This document shows, in pieces, positions 19,184 through 29,498 of a stretch of 59,869 nt of DNA. The translations under genes and the position numbers were made by a program. The stretch comes from Actinomycetota bacterium. Its GTDB lineage: Bacteria; Actinomycetota; Humimicrobiia; Humimicrobiales; Humimicrobiaceae. The notes beneath the pieces were generated by a model that did not search any database, was not told the DNA's origin, and saw nothing but the letters and a program-made list of their open reading frames with translations. Every line of letters starts with the position of its first letter. Within the stretch, counting starts at the first letter, position 1. Location of the stretch: the NCBI GenBank assembly GCA_016870615.1, contig VGAZ01000003.1:1-59869 (forward strand), written 5' to 3'.

Positions 19184-20332
19184 CTATTTTAAAGGTAAAT
19201 CAATCCATTTTTTCTGCATATCTGAAATTAATGCTGCCTCAATTACTTCCTGCACTTTATATCCTGATAATATATCTGCCCCAGGCTTTTTCTTTTCAGC
19301 AATGTTTTTTATAAAGTCATAAGCATTGCCCGCATGATACCTTATCCATCCGATGGAAAATTTGGGCCCGGGAAAAGCAGCAGCAGGTTTGGGATATCTC
19401 TGCACTGTTTCGATTGCCTTAAATCCTCGCATGCCGCCTATCGGCTCTTCTTCATCACGGGTATCATAAACCTCAAGATAATTGGGCTGCATGCTGTTAA
19501 ATCGAATGGTGCCTTTTTCACCATGTATTTCAATTCTTACCTCATCATTTGTCCCTGTTGCAACTTTGGTGGCTTCAAGGGTGCCCATTGCGCCATTTTC
19601 AAGCTCAAACAAAAGAAGCGCAATATCATCAACATCAACTTCACATGTTTTCCCGGGATCATTTGCCACCGGTCTTTCCTTGACAAATGTTTCAAGCTTT
19701 GCAAAAACCTTTGTAAAATCTCCAAGCAAAAACCGTACAAGGTCAATTATATGTGAAGCCAAATCATAAAGAGAGCCGCCTCCGCAATACTGTTTCTGTA
19801 TTTTCCAGTAACTTGGCCTTTTAGGGTCTGAATTGCCTGCATGAAGATAAACTGTTCTTATGCTATAGACTCTTCCTAAAAAACCTTCTTCTATAAGCTG
19901 TTTTGCCCTTAAAGTGGCAGGGGCGTAACGGTATTCAAAACACATTTGGGATACAAGCCCGGGACTTTCCTGGGCCGCATTTAAAATTTCTTTTGCTTCT
20001 TCAAGGCTCATTGCAAGGGGTTTTTCAACATTTACATGTTTTCCTGCACCAAGAGCATCAATTATAACATCCTTGTGAAGATAATTTGGTGTGCATACCT
20101 CGATTATATCAATATCAGGCCTTTTAATAAGTTCTTTATAATTGTCTGTGGCAAATTCAAAACCTGCCTGCAGCACGCCTTCTTTTGCATCATCAACAGG
20201 GCTTGAACATACGCCCACCATTTTTAATTTAGCAGGCAGAGGTTTATAAAAAAAGGGAAGATTAAGGTATGATATTGTATGTACCCTTCCTATAAAACCG
20301 TATCCAACCATTCCTACGCCAAGAGTCTCCAT
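19184..20332 (-). CDS. Gfo/Idh/MocA oxidoreductase
   Basis: GYGFIG, CTPNYLH, EKPLA and GGGSLYDLASH motifs; start placed at the ATG following GGAGG. Confidence 0.92.
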   Translation of the reverse strand: METLGVGMVGYGFIGRVHTISYLNLPFFYKPLPAKLKMVGVCSSPVDDAKEGVLQAGFEFATDNYKELIKRPDIDIIEVCTPNYLHKDVIIDALGAGKHVNVEKPLAMSLEEAKEILNAAQESPGLVSQMCFEYRYAPATLRAKQLIEEGFLGRVYSIRTVYLHAGNSDPKRPSYWKIQKQYCGGGSLYDLASHIIDLVRFLLGDFTKVFAKLETFVKERPVANDPGKTCEVDVDDIALLLFELENGAMGTLEATKVATGTNDEVRIEIHGEKGTIRFNSMQPNYLEVYDTRDEEEPIGGMRGFKAIETVQRYPKPAAAFPGPKFSIGWIRYHAGNAYDFIKNIAEKKKPGADILSGYKVQEVIEAALISDMQKKWIDLPLK

Positions 20333-20370
20333 AAACATTTCCTCCATTTATTTACATATTTTTTAAAGTT

Positions 20371-21732
20371 TTAAATATAGCCGAACTCTTTTTCAACAAT
20401 AGTTATAGACTCATCTATTATATCAAGCGCCTTATCTGCAATTTCCTCTTCCATTATAAGGGGAGGAGACATCCTTAAGTTATGATTTGCCGGTATCCAT
20501 GCAAGCCCTTTTGAAAATGCTACCTGGTAAACTCTTTTTCCAGCTTCTGCAAAGGGTTCACGTGTGGACTTATCCTTTACAAGCTCTATGCCAAGCAGGC
20601 ATCCTTTGCCCCGGACTTCACCAATTATTTTATGGCTGTCTTTCATTATTTTAAGCCTTTTCATTATAAATTCGCCAAGGTTTGCAGATTTCTGCACTAT
20701 ATTTTCCTCCTCTATGACTTCAAGCGATGCAAGACCTGCCGCTGATGCCATGGGGTTTCCGCCGTAGCTTGTTGATGCTGATATTTTTTCCAGAACTTCT
20801 GTCATTTCTTCCTTTATGGCAAAAGCGGTTGCCGGAAATCCGTTTGCAAGGCCCTTGCCAAGCACAATTATGTCAGGCACGACATTGTAATGGTCAACAC
20901 ACCACATTTTGCCAGTTCTTGCGCAGCAGGTAAGAACCTCATCAACTATAAGCAGTATGCCCAGCCTGTCGCAAAGACTTCTAATTGCCGGAAGGTAATC
21001 ATCCGGATAAACAATTGAGCCGCCCCATCCCTGTATTGGCTCCATTAGAATTGCTGCAACATTATCTGTTCCTTCCATTTGAATTTGTCTTTCAAGAGCA
21101 TCAACACAGAACAGTTTGCATTCAGGATATTTTTTATCAAAAGCACAGCGGTAGCAGTGCCCATTAGGGGCAAGGTGCATGCCGACAGCACGGGGCCCAG
21201 TTGTATAATCTGCTACCTGTGTTGGAGAAACAGCACTCATGGTTTTTCCATGAAAATCCCCGTAAAATGAAAAGAACTCGTATTTTTTGGTATGTGCCCT
21301 TGCCGCTCGCATAGCCGCTTCAACAGATTCACAGCCTGCGCAGTACATCTGTATGCCGTTAAGATTTGCAGGCGTCATGGAAGCAAGCTTTTCAAGGAAA
21401 AGTGTTTTAATCTCTGTGCTGAAATCATGGCAGTTCATAAGCTGTGCAGTATATTTCTGGAGGTACTGGACAACTTTGGGATGGCAGTGCCCAAGGTTTG
21501 TTACATAAATGCCTGATGAGAAATCAATATATTTGTTTCCATCACAGTCAGTAAGTGTAACGCCATGCCCGCTTTCAAAAGATACAGGGAAAAGCTTGAC
21601 CTGCGAGGAATAGCCTTTCATGTATTTTTCAGCCCTGTTATGAATTTGTTTTGATTTCGGCCCGGGAGGCGCAACCTTAATATCAGGTATGCTAACAGGG
21701 TCAATTTTTGCCCAATTTTTGTCATAACTCAT
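20371..21732 (-). CDS. Class III PLP aminotransferase (GabT-like)
   Basis: DFSSGI, FHGKT, EPIQGWGG, DEVLT, LGKGLANG and STSYGGNP motifs. Confidence 0.93.
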   Translation of the reverse strand: MSYDKNWAKIDPVSIPDIKVAPPGPKSKQIHNRAEKYMKGYSSQVKLFPVSFESGHGVTLTDCDGNKYIDFSSGIYVTNLGHCHPKVVQYLQKYTAQLMNCHDFSTEIKTLFLEKLASMTPANLNGIQMYCAGCESVEAAMRAARAHTKKYEFFSFYGDFHGKTMSAVSPTQVADYTTGPRAVGMHLAPNGHCYRCAFDKKYPECKLFCVDALERQIQMEGTDNVAAILMEPIQGWGGSIVYPDDYLPAIRSLCDRLGILLIVDEVLTCCARTGKMWCVDHYNVVPDIIVLGKGLANGFPATAFAIKEEMTEVLEKISASTSYGGNPMASAAGLASLEVIEEENIVQKSANLGEFIMKRLKIMKDSHKIIGEVRGKGCLLGIELVKDKSTREPFAEAGKRVYQVAFSKGLAWIPANHNLRMSPPLIMEEEIADKALDIIDESITIVEKEFGYI

Positions 21733-21869
21733 TGATTTTCTCCTTGCTCTTACTATTATAATTGATTATTTAATACATTATCTGTAACCAGCACTGAAAA
21801 TTATGGATTTCTTAAAGTTTAAAAACAAACATAATTAATCAAAATAATACAATTATTGAATTTATTAGT

Positions 21870-21897
21870 ATTATATATGATTGTTTTTTATAGTCAA
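21870..21897 (-). promoter_or_regulatory. Promoter of the aminotransferase operon
   Basis: TTGACT-16nt-TATAAT on the minus strand. Confidence 0.55.
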
Positions 21898-22075
21898 CAA
21901 AAATAATTTGTTGATTTTATATTTTTTATATGTTACTAAGTCTTAGATTTTTTGGTACAGGCAATCTCATTTATTACCGGTGCCCAAAAAAGATTTATTT
22001 GTGGAAATAAAGGGGATGTTTACCTTTTTTCAAAATGTTTTTTGCTTTAAGCGATGCGGAAGGAATAGTTAAAAA

Positions 22076-22636
22076 ATGATTAAAAAAGATAAATATGATT
22101 TAAAAAAATGGTCCGGAAAATATAATATTACAATAAATATTTTATTCTGGACATTGCTTGCGGTAGTGACCTGTGTTTTTTCAATTGTGCTTTTAAAACC
22201 GGAACTTAAGCTCAACTCATTTCTTTTCGGAACCCAGACAGAAGTTATTGTAAAAAAGGAACCGGTGGTTATAATTGAGTACAGGGAACTTGAAAAGGAA
22301 AGTGAGTGGTTTTATTTTGTTGCTACCGCTTACAGTATGAATGATGCAAAACAGGGCACAAACGAAACCACGTCAACCGGCAAGCAGGTGAGGGAAGGTA
22401 TAATTGCAGTTGATCCCGATGTTATTCCTTACGGCACTATAGTTGAGATTAAGGGCATGGGTTATTTTGTGGCTGAAGACTGCGGAGCAAAAATAAAAGG
22501 AAACAGGATAGATATATATTTTGATTCAAAACATCAGGCAAAAGAATTTGGGAAGCAGGGCCTGTGGATAAGAATTGTGCGGAATTATAATTTCCAGGTT
22601 GCAGGCATAAGGCAGGCAATTATAGATAATCAGTAA
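22076..22636 (+). CDS. 3D-domain (MltA-like) cell-wall protein with N-terminal TM anchor
   Basis: ATAY, IAVDP, AEDCG and RIDIY motifs. Confidence 0.9.
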   Translation: MIKKDKYDLKKWSGKYNITINILFWTLLAVVTCVFSIVLLKPELKLNSFLFGTQTEVIVKKEPVVIIEYRELEKESEWFYFVATAYSMNDAKQGTNETTSTGKQVREGIIAVDPDVIPYGTIVEIKGMGYFVAEDCGAKIKGNRIDIYFDSKHQAKEFGKQGLWIRIVRNYNFQVAGIRQAIIDNQ

Positions 22637-22667
22637 TATGGGGCATGGCAGGGCAATTCCTTATTAT

Positions 22668-23039
22668 TTATGAAGAGCTGTTTTTTGCAATAATTTCGTT
22701 TAAAATTTCACAGAACTCGATTGCCTGTTTCTTATTCATTTTCTTTATTTCAAAGGATTCTTTTTTATTTTTTATAATAAGCGAAGAGCTTGACAGCCCC
22801 TGCTTTAACAGGGCAGATACAATATAGGGATAAGTTGCAATAAATTTTTTATCCCTTGAAATATTTGAGACAAAATAAAAGAAAAGCTTGCTGTCTGTAA
22901 GTACCAGAGTTCCTTTTATAATATTGTTAAGCACGCCATCAGCTTTATATATTAATTTTTCATCCTGCGCTATAAAAAGGTAATAATCCGAACCAGTTTC
23001 TTTTTGTCCAGTTTTGCTTTTATTGCTGGAATCGCTCAT
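22668..23039 (-). CDS. Small PH-like domain protein
   Basis: GTLVLTDSKLFF and KQGLSSSSLII beta pattern typical of bacterial PH domains; start uncertain. Confidence 0.6.
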   Translation of the reverse strand: MSDSSNKSKTGQKETGSDYYLFIAQDEKLIYKADGVLNNIIKGTLVLTDSKLFFYFVSNISRDKKFIATYPYIVSALLKQGLSSSSLIIKNKKESFEIKKMNKKQAIEFCEILNEIIAKNSSS

Positions 23040-23411
23040 TTTTATAATCATTCCTTTCACTTGATAAAAGACGCAAAATATTATGAAAAAGGCGAACTTA
23101 ATCTTGATTTATTTAATTTCTTCCAGAATATCCCTATTTAAACTAAAAAAAATCAACATCCGGATTTTTATTATAGGGTCTGATAGAAAATGAATCAACA
23201 TCCTGGAAAGAAATTCAATGAAAATAATAAAAAAATTATCCCCAGGGTTTTAAAATTTCCGCAAAAACATATGCGGCTGTATTATGTAAAGCATTGTTTT
23301 ATTGATTATTTTCTTGAATTTTAAGATTTTTGCTTTTATAGTTACATAGATTTATTTATATGGGATTTTTGATTTTGGCAATTCTTTTATATCAAAAGGA
23401 GAAGGATTAAT

Positions 23412-24878
23412 TTGAAAACCAGGATAGTAACTTTTAAAAAAATAATTTCTTTATTTATACTGCTGCCAATATTTTCAGCTTCATGGTTTTTGTTTTCCTG
23501 CAAAGATGCAGGCGTTTTAGCTGAAGAGCAAACATCAGCAGCTGTCTCAGAAACTGCATCACAGGAAAGCCAGCCTGAGGCAACTGAAACTACAGCGCCA
23601 AAGCCCCCGGAAAATTATTATGTAAGCGATCTTGATGGGATTGATAATTATTCCTTTATATGTCCAGGGGACTGGCTCCTGTATGAATCCGGCGCCGGAA
23701 AAAGCGTAGTTATAAGCTCTAATGCGCCATCAGCCAGTAAAAGTGAAAACATATTTATTTATATTGAAGATGAAATATCTGCAAAGGGCCTGTCTGGTGA
23801 TAAGCTGATCGCAGAGGCTTATAAAAATATTGCGTCAGGTGAGCCGAGCGCAGTTTTTCTTGAAAGCCGGGAAATAAAAGTTGCAGGAGCTGATACAGTT
23901 CTTGAAGGTTATACATACAGTAGCAGGCTTGAAGAGGACTGGCAGCAGGAAGCGGTTTGTATTGACCTTTTCACATACATCAATCATGGCAATGTTCTTT
24001 ATTGCATCAAATATACCGGTTTAAATTCAGATGTGGGCGAAGCTGAAGAATTTTTTAAAGAATTCCTTGAAACATTTTCAATTGGCCAGGAAAAAGAAAA
24101 AATAAAACAGAAAGACGAAAACTCAAGGATTAATATTTTAATACTTGGAGATGACAGCGGGCTGGGCAGGCCAGGAGGCAGAGTAAACGGCAGGACAGAC
24201 ATTATTATACTTCTTCACTTAAACCTTGATACAGCAAAAGGTACAGCCGTGACAATACCCCGGGATACCTGGGTTGATATCCCTGGACATGGCAATGGCA
24301 AGATAACCGGGGCGCATGCAATAGGCGGAAATGAACTTACAGTAAAGACCGTTGAAGGGCTTTCGGGCCTGGAGATTGATAATTATATAATTACTGACAT
24401 GGATGGTTTTATCCTTCTTATAGATTTTCTTGGCGGGGTTACAACTGAAGTGGGCGAGGATATTGCTGACGGGTTTTCCGGGTGCTATCTCTCAAAAGGA
24501 ATTCATCATTTAAATGGGGAGCAGGCGCTTGCGCTTTCACGATGCAGATACCGAAAAGGTGACGGCAGCACACTATCCGGGGCTTTTGCAAGGGAAAGAG
24601 AAGCTGCAAAAATAATTGTGGGCCTTATAGAACAGAAAAGCACATTTGAGAGGATAATTGCACTTCCAGTCCTGGTAAACTTTCTTTTAAATTATACATG
24701 GACCGATATGCGGTTTACAGATATTATAAAGCTTTTGCCTTTGCTTGGAAGGATAAAAGCGTCAGATATAGAAATAACAGGAATACCTTCATGGCCTGCA
24801 ACGATAGGAAATGCAAGCGCGGTTCAATATGATGTAGAGGCAACTGCAGAGCTTTTTGAAGAGATAAACATGCAGTAA
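23412..24878 (+). CDS. LCP (LytR-CpsA-Psr) family lipoprotein with an extra N-terminal domain
   Basis: FLFSC lipobox-like motif; ILILGDD, GRTD, IPRDTWV and LNGEQALALSR motifs. Confidence 0.88.
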   Translation: MKTRIVTFKKIISLFILLPIFSASWFLFSCKDAGVLAEEQTSAAVSETASQESQPEATETTAPKPPENYYVSDLDGIDNYSFICPGDWLLYESGAGKSVVISSNAPSASKSENIFIYIEDEISAKGLSGDKLIAEAYKNIASGEPSAVFLESREIKVAGADTVLEGYTYSSRLEEDWQQEAVCIDLFTYINHGNVLYCIKYTGLNSDVGEAEEFFKEFLETFSIGQEKEKIKQKDENSRINILILGDDSGLGRPGGRVNGRTDIIILLHLNLDTAKGTAVTIPRDTWVDIPGHGNGKITGAHAIGGNELTVKTVEGLSGLEIDNYIITDMDGFILLIDFLGGVTTEVGEDIADGFSGCYLSKGIHHLNGEQALALSRCRYRKGDGSTLSGAFAREREAAKIIVGLIEQKSTFERIIALPVLVNFLLNYTWTDMRFTDIIKLLPLLGRIKASDIEITGIPSWPATIGNASAVQYDVEATAELFEEINMQ

Positions 24879-24921
24879 AATTATATTGGTGTTTAAAAGC
24901 GGCAGATATAAAATGAAAATA

Positions 24922-24949
24922 TTGACAATTCGAAAAATTCAATTATATT
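24922..24949 (+). promoter_or_regulatory. Promoter for tRNA-Gly-thrS
   Basis: TTGACA-16nt-TATATT about 20 nt upstream of the tRNA. Confidence 0.6.
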
Positions 24950-24968
24950 TATAAATCATGAATTTTAA

Positions 24969-25044
24969 GCGGAAGTGGCTCAGTTGGTAGAGCATCACCT
25001 TGCCAAGGTGAGGGTCGCGGGTTCAAGTCCCGTCTTCCGCTCCA
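24969..25044 (+). tRNA. tRNA-Gly (anticodon GCC), CCA encoded
   Basis: GCGGAAGTGGCTCAGTTGGTAGAGCATCACCTTGCCAAGGTGAGGGTCGCGGGTTCAAGTCCCGTCTTCCGCTCCA. Confidence 0.97.
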
Positions 25045-25072
25045 TTTTTTTTAAGCCTCCGGAAAGGTTTTA

Positions 25073-26800
25073 GTGATGAACGAAGATATTTTAAACCACA
25101 GCGCCAGCCATGTAATGGCTTCAGCAATAAGACACCTGTGGCCCGATGCCAGGTTTGCAATAGGGCCATCAATTAAAAACGGCTTTTATTATGACATTGA
25201 TATTGAAAAAACAATTGTGCCCGAGGACCTGGAGGCAATTGAAAAAGAAATGACAAAAATTATTAACCAAAACCTCAAATTTGAAAAAAGCCAGGTTTCA
25301 AAAGAAGATGCACGGACAATATTTAAAGACAATCCATATAAGCTTGAGCTTATTGACGAGATTAAAGATGATATGGCAGGGATATACAGGACAGGTGATT
25401 TTACAGACCTTTGCGCCGGGCCACATATAGAGTCTACAGGGCAAATAGGCGCATTCAAGCTGCTTTCTGTGGCCGGGGCTTACTGGAGGGGCAGTGAAAA
25501 AAATAAAATGCTTACAAGAATATACGGCACGGCATTTGCCACAAAGCAGGAGCTGAAAAGTTTTTTGGATATGCTTGAGCTTGCAAAAAGAAGCGATCAC
25601 AGGACAATAGGCAAAAATCTTGGGCTTTTTACTTTTCATGATGAGGCGCCCGGTTTTCCGTTTTTTCATCCGAAGGGAATGATTCTGCAGAACACAATAC
25701 TTGAGTACTGGCGCAGCGAGCATTCTCTTGAAGGATACCAGGAAATAAAAACACCTGTTATATTAAGCAATGAATTGTGGAAGATATCAGGACACTGGGA
25801 TAATTATAAAGATAATATGTATTTTGTGCAGATAGATGAATGCGAGTATGCAATTAAGCCCATGAATTGCCCAGGGGCAATACTTGTATATAAAACCAGC
25901 CAGCATTCTTACAGGGATTTTCCTGTAAGATATGCAGAGCTGGGGCTTGTTCACAGGCATGAAAAATCAGGAGTACTTCACGGGCTTTTCCGTGTAAGGA
26001 ACTTTACACAGGATGACGCTCATATATTTTGTCTTGATTTCCAGTTAAAAGATGAGATAAAAGGCGTCATTGATATGATTGAAAGAATGTATAAAGTATT
26101 TGGTTTCAGTGATTACCATGTTGAGCTTTCAACAAGGCCGGAAAAAAGGATAGGAAGCGACAATATATGGGATAAGGCAGAAAACGCTTTAAAAGATGTG
26201 CTTACTGAAAAGAAACTTCCTTTCAAGATAAATGAAGGGGACGGCGCCTTCTATGGGCCGAAGATAGACTTTCATATAAAAGACTGCCTCGAAAGGACAT
26301 GGCAGTGCGCAACTATACAGCTTGATTTTTCAATGCCTGAAAAGTTTGATCTTGAATATACAGGAGAAGATAATATCAAGCACAGGCCAGTGATGATTCA
26401 CAGGGTTATACTTGGAAGCATAGAAAGATTTATTGCAATACTTATTGAACATTACAGCGGCAACCTTCCGCTATGGCTTGCCCCTGTACAGGCTGCAGTT
26501 CTTCCGATATCTGACAAATTTTACAGATACAGTAATGAAATATATCAAATGCTGAAAAAAAGCGGTTTCAGGGCAGAGATTGATAATCGCGTTGAATCAT
26601 TAAATAAAAAAATCAGGAATTCAGAAGTCAATAAAATACCTTTTATGGTAATTATTGGCCAGAATGAGCAGGATAGCCGCACAGTTTCTATAAGGCAGAA
26701 ATCAGGGCCAGACATAAAAAAAATTACAATTGATGAATTGCTTGCAATTTTAAAAGAATCAGTGGACAATAAAAATACAGGCTCCAGTGTATGTGAATAA
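25073..26800 (+). CDS. thrS: Threonine--tRNA ligase (no N-terminal TGS domain)
   Basis: HSASH, DLCAGPH, KPMNCPG, FTQDDAH, AFYGPKID and GSIERF motifs. Confidence 0.97.
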   Translation: MMNEDILNHSASHVMASAIRHLWPDARFAIGPSIKNGFYYDIDIEKTIVPEDLEAIEKEMTKIINQNLKFEKSQVSKEDARTIFKDNPYKLELIDEIKDDMAGIYRTGDFTDLCAGPHIESTGQIGAFKLLSVAGAYWRGSEKNKMLTRIYGTAFATKQELKSFLDMLELAKRSDHRTIGKNLGLFTFHDEAPGFPFFHPKGMILQNTILEYWRSEHSLEGYQEIKTPVILSNELWKISGHWDNYKDNMYFVQIDECEYAIKPMNCPGAILVYKTSQHSYRDFPVRYAELGLVHRHEKSGVLHGLFRVRNFTQDDAHIFCLDFQLKDEIKGVIDMIERMYKVFGFSDYHVELSTRPEKRIGSDNIWDKAENALKDVLTEKKLPFKINEGDGAFYGPKIDFHIKDCLERTWQCATIQLDFSMPEKFDLEYTGEDNIKHRPVMIHRVILGSIERFIAILIEHYSGNLPLWLAPVQAAVLPISDKFYRYSNEIYQMLKKSGFRAEIDNRVESLNKKIRNSEVNKIPFMVIIGQNEQDSRTVSIRQKSGPDIKKITIDELLAILKESVDNKNTGSSVCE

Positions 26801-26936
26801 ATAATATTTAAAGCAGCTTTACTTTATTTTCACATGTAATTTTATTATAATTATATATTACATTTTTCAGGTTTGTAATTAAAGTAAATTTAATAAAAAC
26901 AAAATATATTTATTATTATCAGGACAAGGGGTAAAA

Positions 26937-28280
26937 ATGACACTGAAAGAAAAAGTCAGGTTGTACACAACATCTGCGGCAATTAAAAGCGTGATAAAGT
27001 TGCTTCCTAATCTCTCAGATGACAGGTGGCTTTCCCTTGTTAAAGGCAGGGTTTACAAACTTAAATCCAGCGGTGAAAGGGATTTTCTTGAAAACCTGCT
27101 TGTAAACCTGAAAAAAGCCTCAACCAGGATATCTCCTGAAGTAAGGAAAAAAATTGTAATGAACCTTATAAATAATGCAATGATACAGGGGCAGCCAAAG
27201 AGGAAAGCATTCCTGGAAAAATACGGCATCACACCGCCAAATCATCTTGTCATAAGCCCGACAATGAAATGCAATCTTAAATGTTACGGATGTTATGCCT
27301 GGCAGTATTCAAAAAAAGAAGACCTTCCATATGATGTATGTAACAGGATAATAGATGAGGCCAATGATATTGGGCTGTACTTCTTTGTAATTACCGGCGG
27401 TGAACCTTTTGTGTGGGATAATTTCTATGATTTTCTTGAAAGGCATAATGACTCATTTTTCCAGATATACACAAACGGCACAATGATAACAGATGATGTT
27501 GCAAAGAGGCTTGCAAAGCTTGGCAATGCAGTTCCCTGTATAAGTATTGAAGGATTTGAAAAGGAGACTGCAGCAAGACGCGGAGACCAAACATGGCCAA
27601 AAATAATGTCAGCCATGGATGCCCTGAGGGAAAATGGAGTATTGTTTGGATATTCTGTTACTGCCACAAGGCCAAACAATGATCTTGTTGTAAGTGATGA
27701 GTTTGTTGACTTTTTTGTGGATAAAGGCTGCTTTATCGGCTGGTATTTCAATTATATCCCAATAGGCAGGGAACCCAATATGGAATTAATGCCCACACCC
27801 CAGCAGAGAGATTTCAGGCGAAAGAGGATTCTTGAGATAAGAAAAACAAAAGACATTATAGTTGCAGATTTCTGGAACGATGGAAACCTGGTAAACGGAT
27901 GCATGGCAGGAGGAAAGAACTATCTTCATGTAAATGTTAATGGAGATGTAGAACCATGCGTCTTTGTGCATTTTGCCGCTGATAATATTAAGGAAAAAAG
28001 CCTTGCAGAAGTACTTACAAGCCCGTTCTTCATGGCTTTCAGGAAACGCCAGCCATATACTGAAAATCATTTAAGGCCCTGCACAATCATAGATAATCCG
28101 CAGGCGCTGCGTGATATTGTAGCTGAAACAGGCGCGTATTCCACCCATGAAGGTGCCGAAACAATTATAACGGATCTTGCAAAGCAGCTTGATGCATATT
28201 CCTGCGCATATGCTAAAATAGCAGACAGGGTATGGGAGGAGCAGTATGTTCCAAATGAAGAAAAAGAGGAAGCAGGGTAG
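26937..28280 (+). CDS. Radical SAM protein with SPASM-like C-terminus
   Basis: CNLKCYGC motif, TGGEP, GCMAGG, EPCVF and RPCTIID motifs. Confidence 0.92.
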   Translation: MTLKEKVRLYTTSAAIKSVIKLLPNLSDDRWLSLVKGRVYKLKSSGERDFLENLLVNLKKASTRISPEVRKKIVMNLINNAMIQGQPKRKAFLEKYGITPPNHLVISPTMKCNLKCYGCYAWQYSKKEDLPYDVCNRIIDEANDIGLYFFVITGGEPFVWDNFYDFLERHNDSFFQIYTNGTMITDDVAKRLAKLGNAVPCISIEGFEKETAARRGDQTWPKIMSAMDALRENGVLFGYSVTATRPNNDLVVSDEFVDFFVDKGCFIGWYFNYIPIGREPNMELMPTPQQRDFRRKRILEIRKTKDIIVADFWNDGNLVNGCMAGGKNYLHVNVNGDVEPCVFVHFAADNIKEKSLAEVLTSPFFMAFRKRQPYTENHLRPCTIIDNPQALRDIVAETGAYSTHEGAETIITDLAKQLDAYSCAYAKIADRVWEEQYVPNEEKEEAG

Positions 28281-28404
28281 TCTTTAAGAGAAAAATATTG
28301 CTAAAAATCTTAAAATATATATAATTACTAAAGTTTTAAGAATAAAGCCCTAAAAGATTTATTTCAATTATAAATTAAACAGGTAAAAATTTAATATCTG
28401 AAGA

Positions 28405-28568
28405 AGAAATAGGAATCATTTATTTCTCACCAGATGGCGGTTTGTCCGGTTTATTAAAATATATTCCGGAACATAATAAAAAATGCAAACCTCTAAAAAA
28501 GGCAGCAGGTACTTGCCAATCTGGTAAATTGAAATTGGATAGGTGGATGATTTCTGCCTATTTTTTTT
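28405..28568 (+). ncRNA. L20-leader-like attenuator upstream of infC-rpmI-rplT
   Basis: TTCTCACC motif; ACCAGATGGC pairs with GCCAATCTGGT; 28411-28425 can pair with 28541-28555 as an alternative to the terminator ATAGGTGGA/TCTGCCTAT plus T8. Confidence 0.7.
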
Positions 28569-28612
28569 ATAGAGGATATTTTTTAAAAACATAAGGGAGG
28601 TGTTGGTTAACT

Positions 28613-29116
28613 ATCAAAAATATCAGAGTCAATGAGCAAATCAGGATACCAAAGGTAAGGGTTATCGATGATGACGGAGCACAGATCGGAATAATACCTG
28701 TGGAAGAGGCACTTAAAATTGCATATGAAAAGGAGCTGGATCTTGTTGAAGTTGCCCCAAATTCAAGTCCGCCGGTATGCAAGATTATGGATTTCGGAAA
28801 GTACAAATACCAGGTGGAAGTATCTGCAAAAGAAAAAAGGAAAAAGCAGACACAGATTGTTGTAAAAGAAATAAAGCTAAGGCCCAAAATAGATAAAAAC
28901 GATCTGGAAATAAAGAAAAATAAAATTGTAAAATTTCTTGAAAAAGGCTATAAAGTCAAAGTTACAATGTCTTTTAAAGGCAGGGAGATAGTACATTCGG
29001 AACTGGGCATGAATATAATGACGGGGATACTGGATTATCTGGGCGAGAAATGCGTTACTGAGCAGAAACCCAAACTTGAAGGATACAGTATTGTAATGAT
29101 ACTGGAAACTGCCTGA
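28613..29116 (+). CDS. infC: Translation initiation factor IF-3, probable ATC start
   Basis: Frame open upstream of the track start (IRVNEQIRIPKVRVID); GGAGGTG SD at 28596-28602; DLVEVAPN and PVCKIMDFGKYKY motifs. Confidence 0.9.
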   Translation: MKNIRVNEQIRIPKVRVIDDDGAQIGIIPVEEALKIAYEKELDLVEVAPNSSPPVCKIMDFGKYKYQVEVSAKEKRKKQTQIVVKEIKLRPKIDKNDLEIKKNKIVKFLEKGYKVKVTMSFKGREIVHSELGMNIMTGILDYLGEKCVTEQKPKLEGYSIVMILETA

Positions 29117-29284
29117 TTTATGTTAAGGAAACGGCAGGAATTTTAAATTAAAAAGTTTTTATACTGTTCTATTTTATGTCCAGGAAAATATTTATTGTTT
29201 TAAGGTAAAAATTATTTTAAAAAAGCAGTTTATCCGGTTTTGTTTTTACAGGCCGGTTCAGGAAAAGAAGGGAAGGTGCAGATT

Positions 29285-29479
29285 ATGCCGAAAATAAAAA
29301 CTCACAGGGGTGCGGCAAAAAGGTTTAAATTAACAGGTACAGGAAAGATTATGCGGGTAAAAGCTTATAAAAGCCACATACTGACCAAGAAAAATGCAAA
29401 AAGAAAAAGGAGCCTTGGACAGGAAACAGAAATATCAGCAGCTGACTATCCACATATCAGGAGAATGTTAGGAAAATAG
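29285..29479 (+). CDS. rpmI: 50S ribosomal protein L35
   Basis: [15 protein letters not shown]. Confidence 0.96.
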   Translation: MPKIKTHRGAAKRFKLTGTGKIMRVKAYKSHILTKKNAKRKRSLGQETEISAADYPHIRRMLGK

Positions 29480-29498
29480 AAAGAAGGTGTTATAAGAG

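Noticed and set aside
21930-22075. Expected c-di-AMP (ydaO) riboswitch before the 3D-domain gene
   Set aside because: Conserved ydaO motifs are not visible
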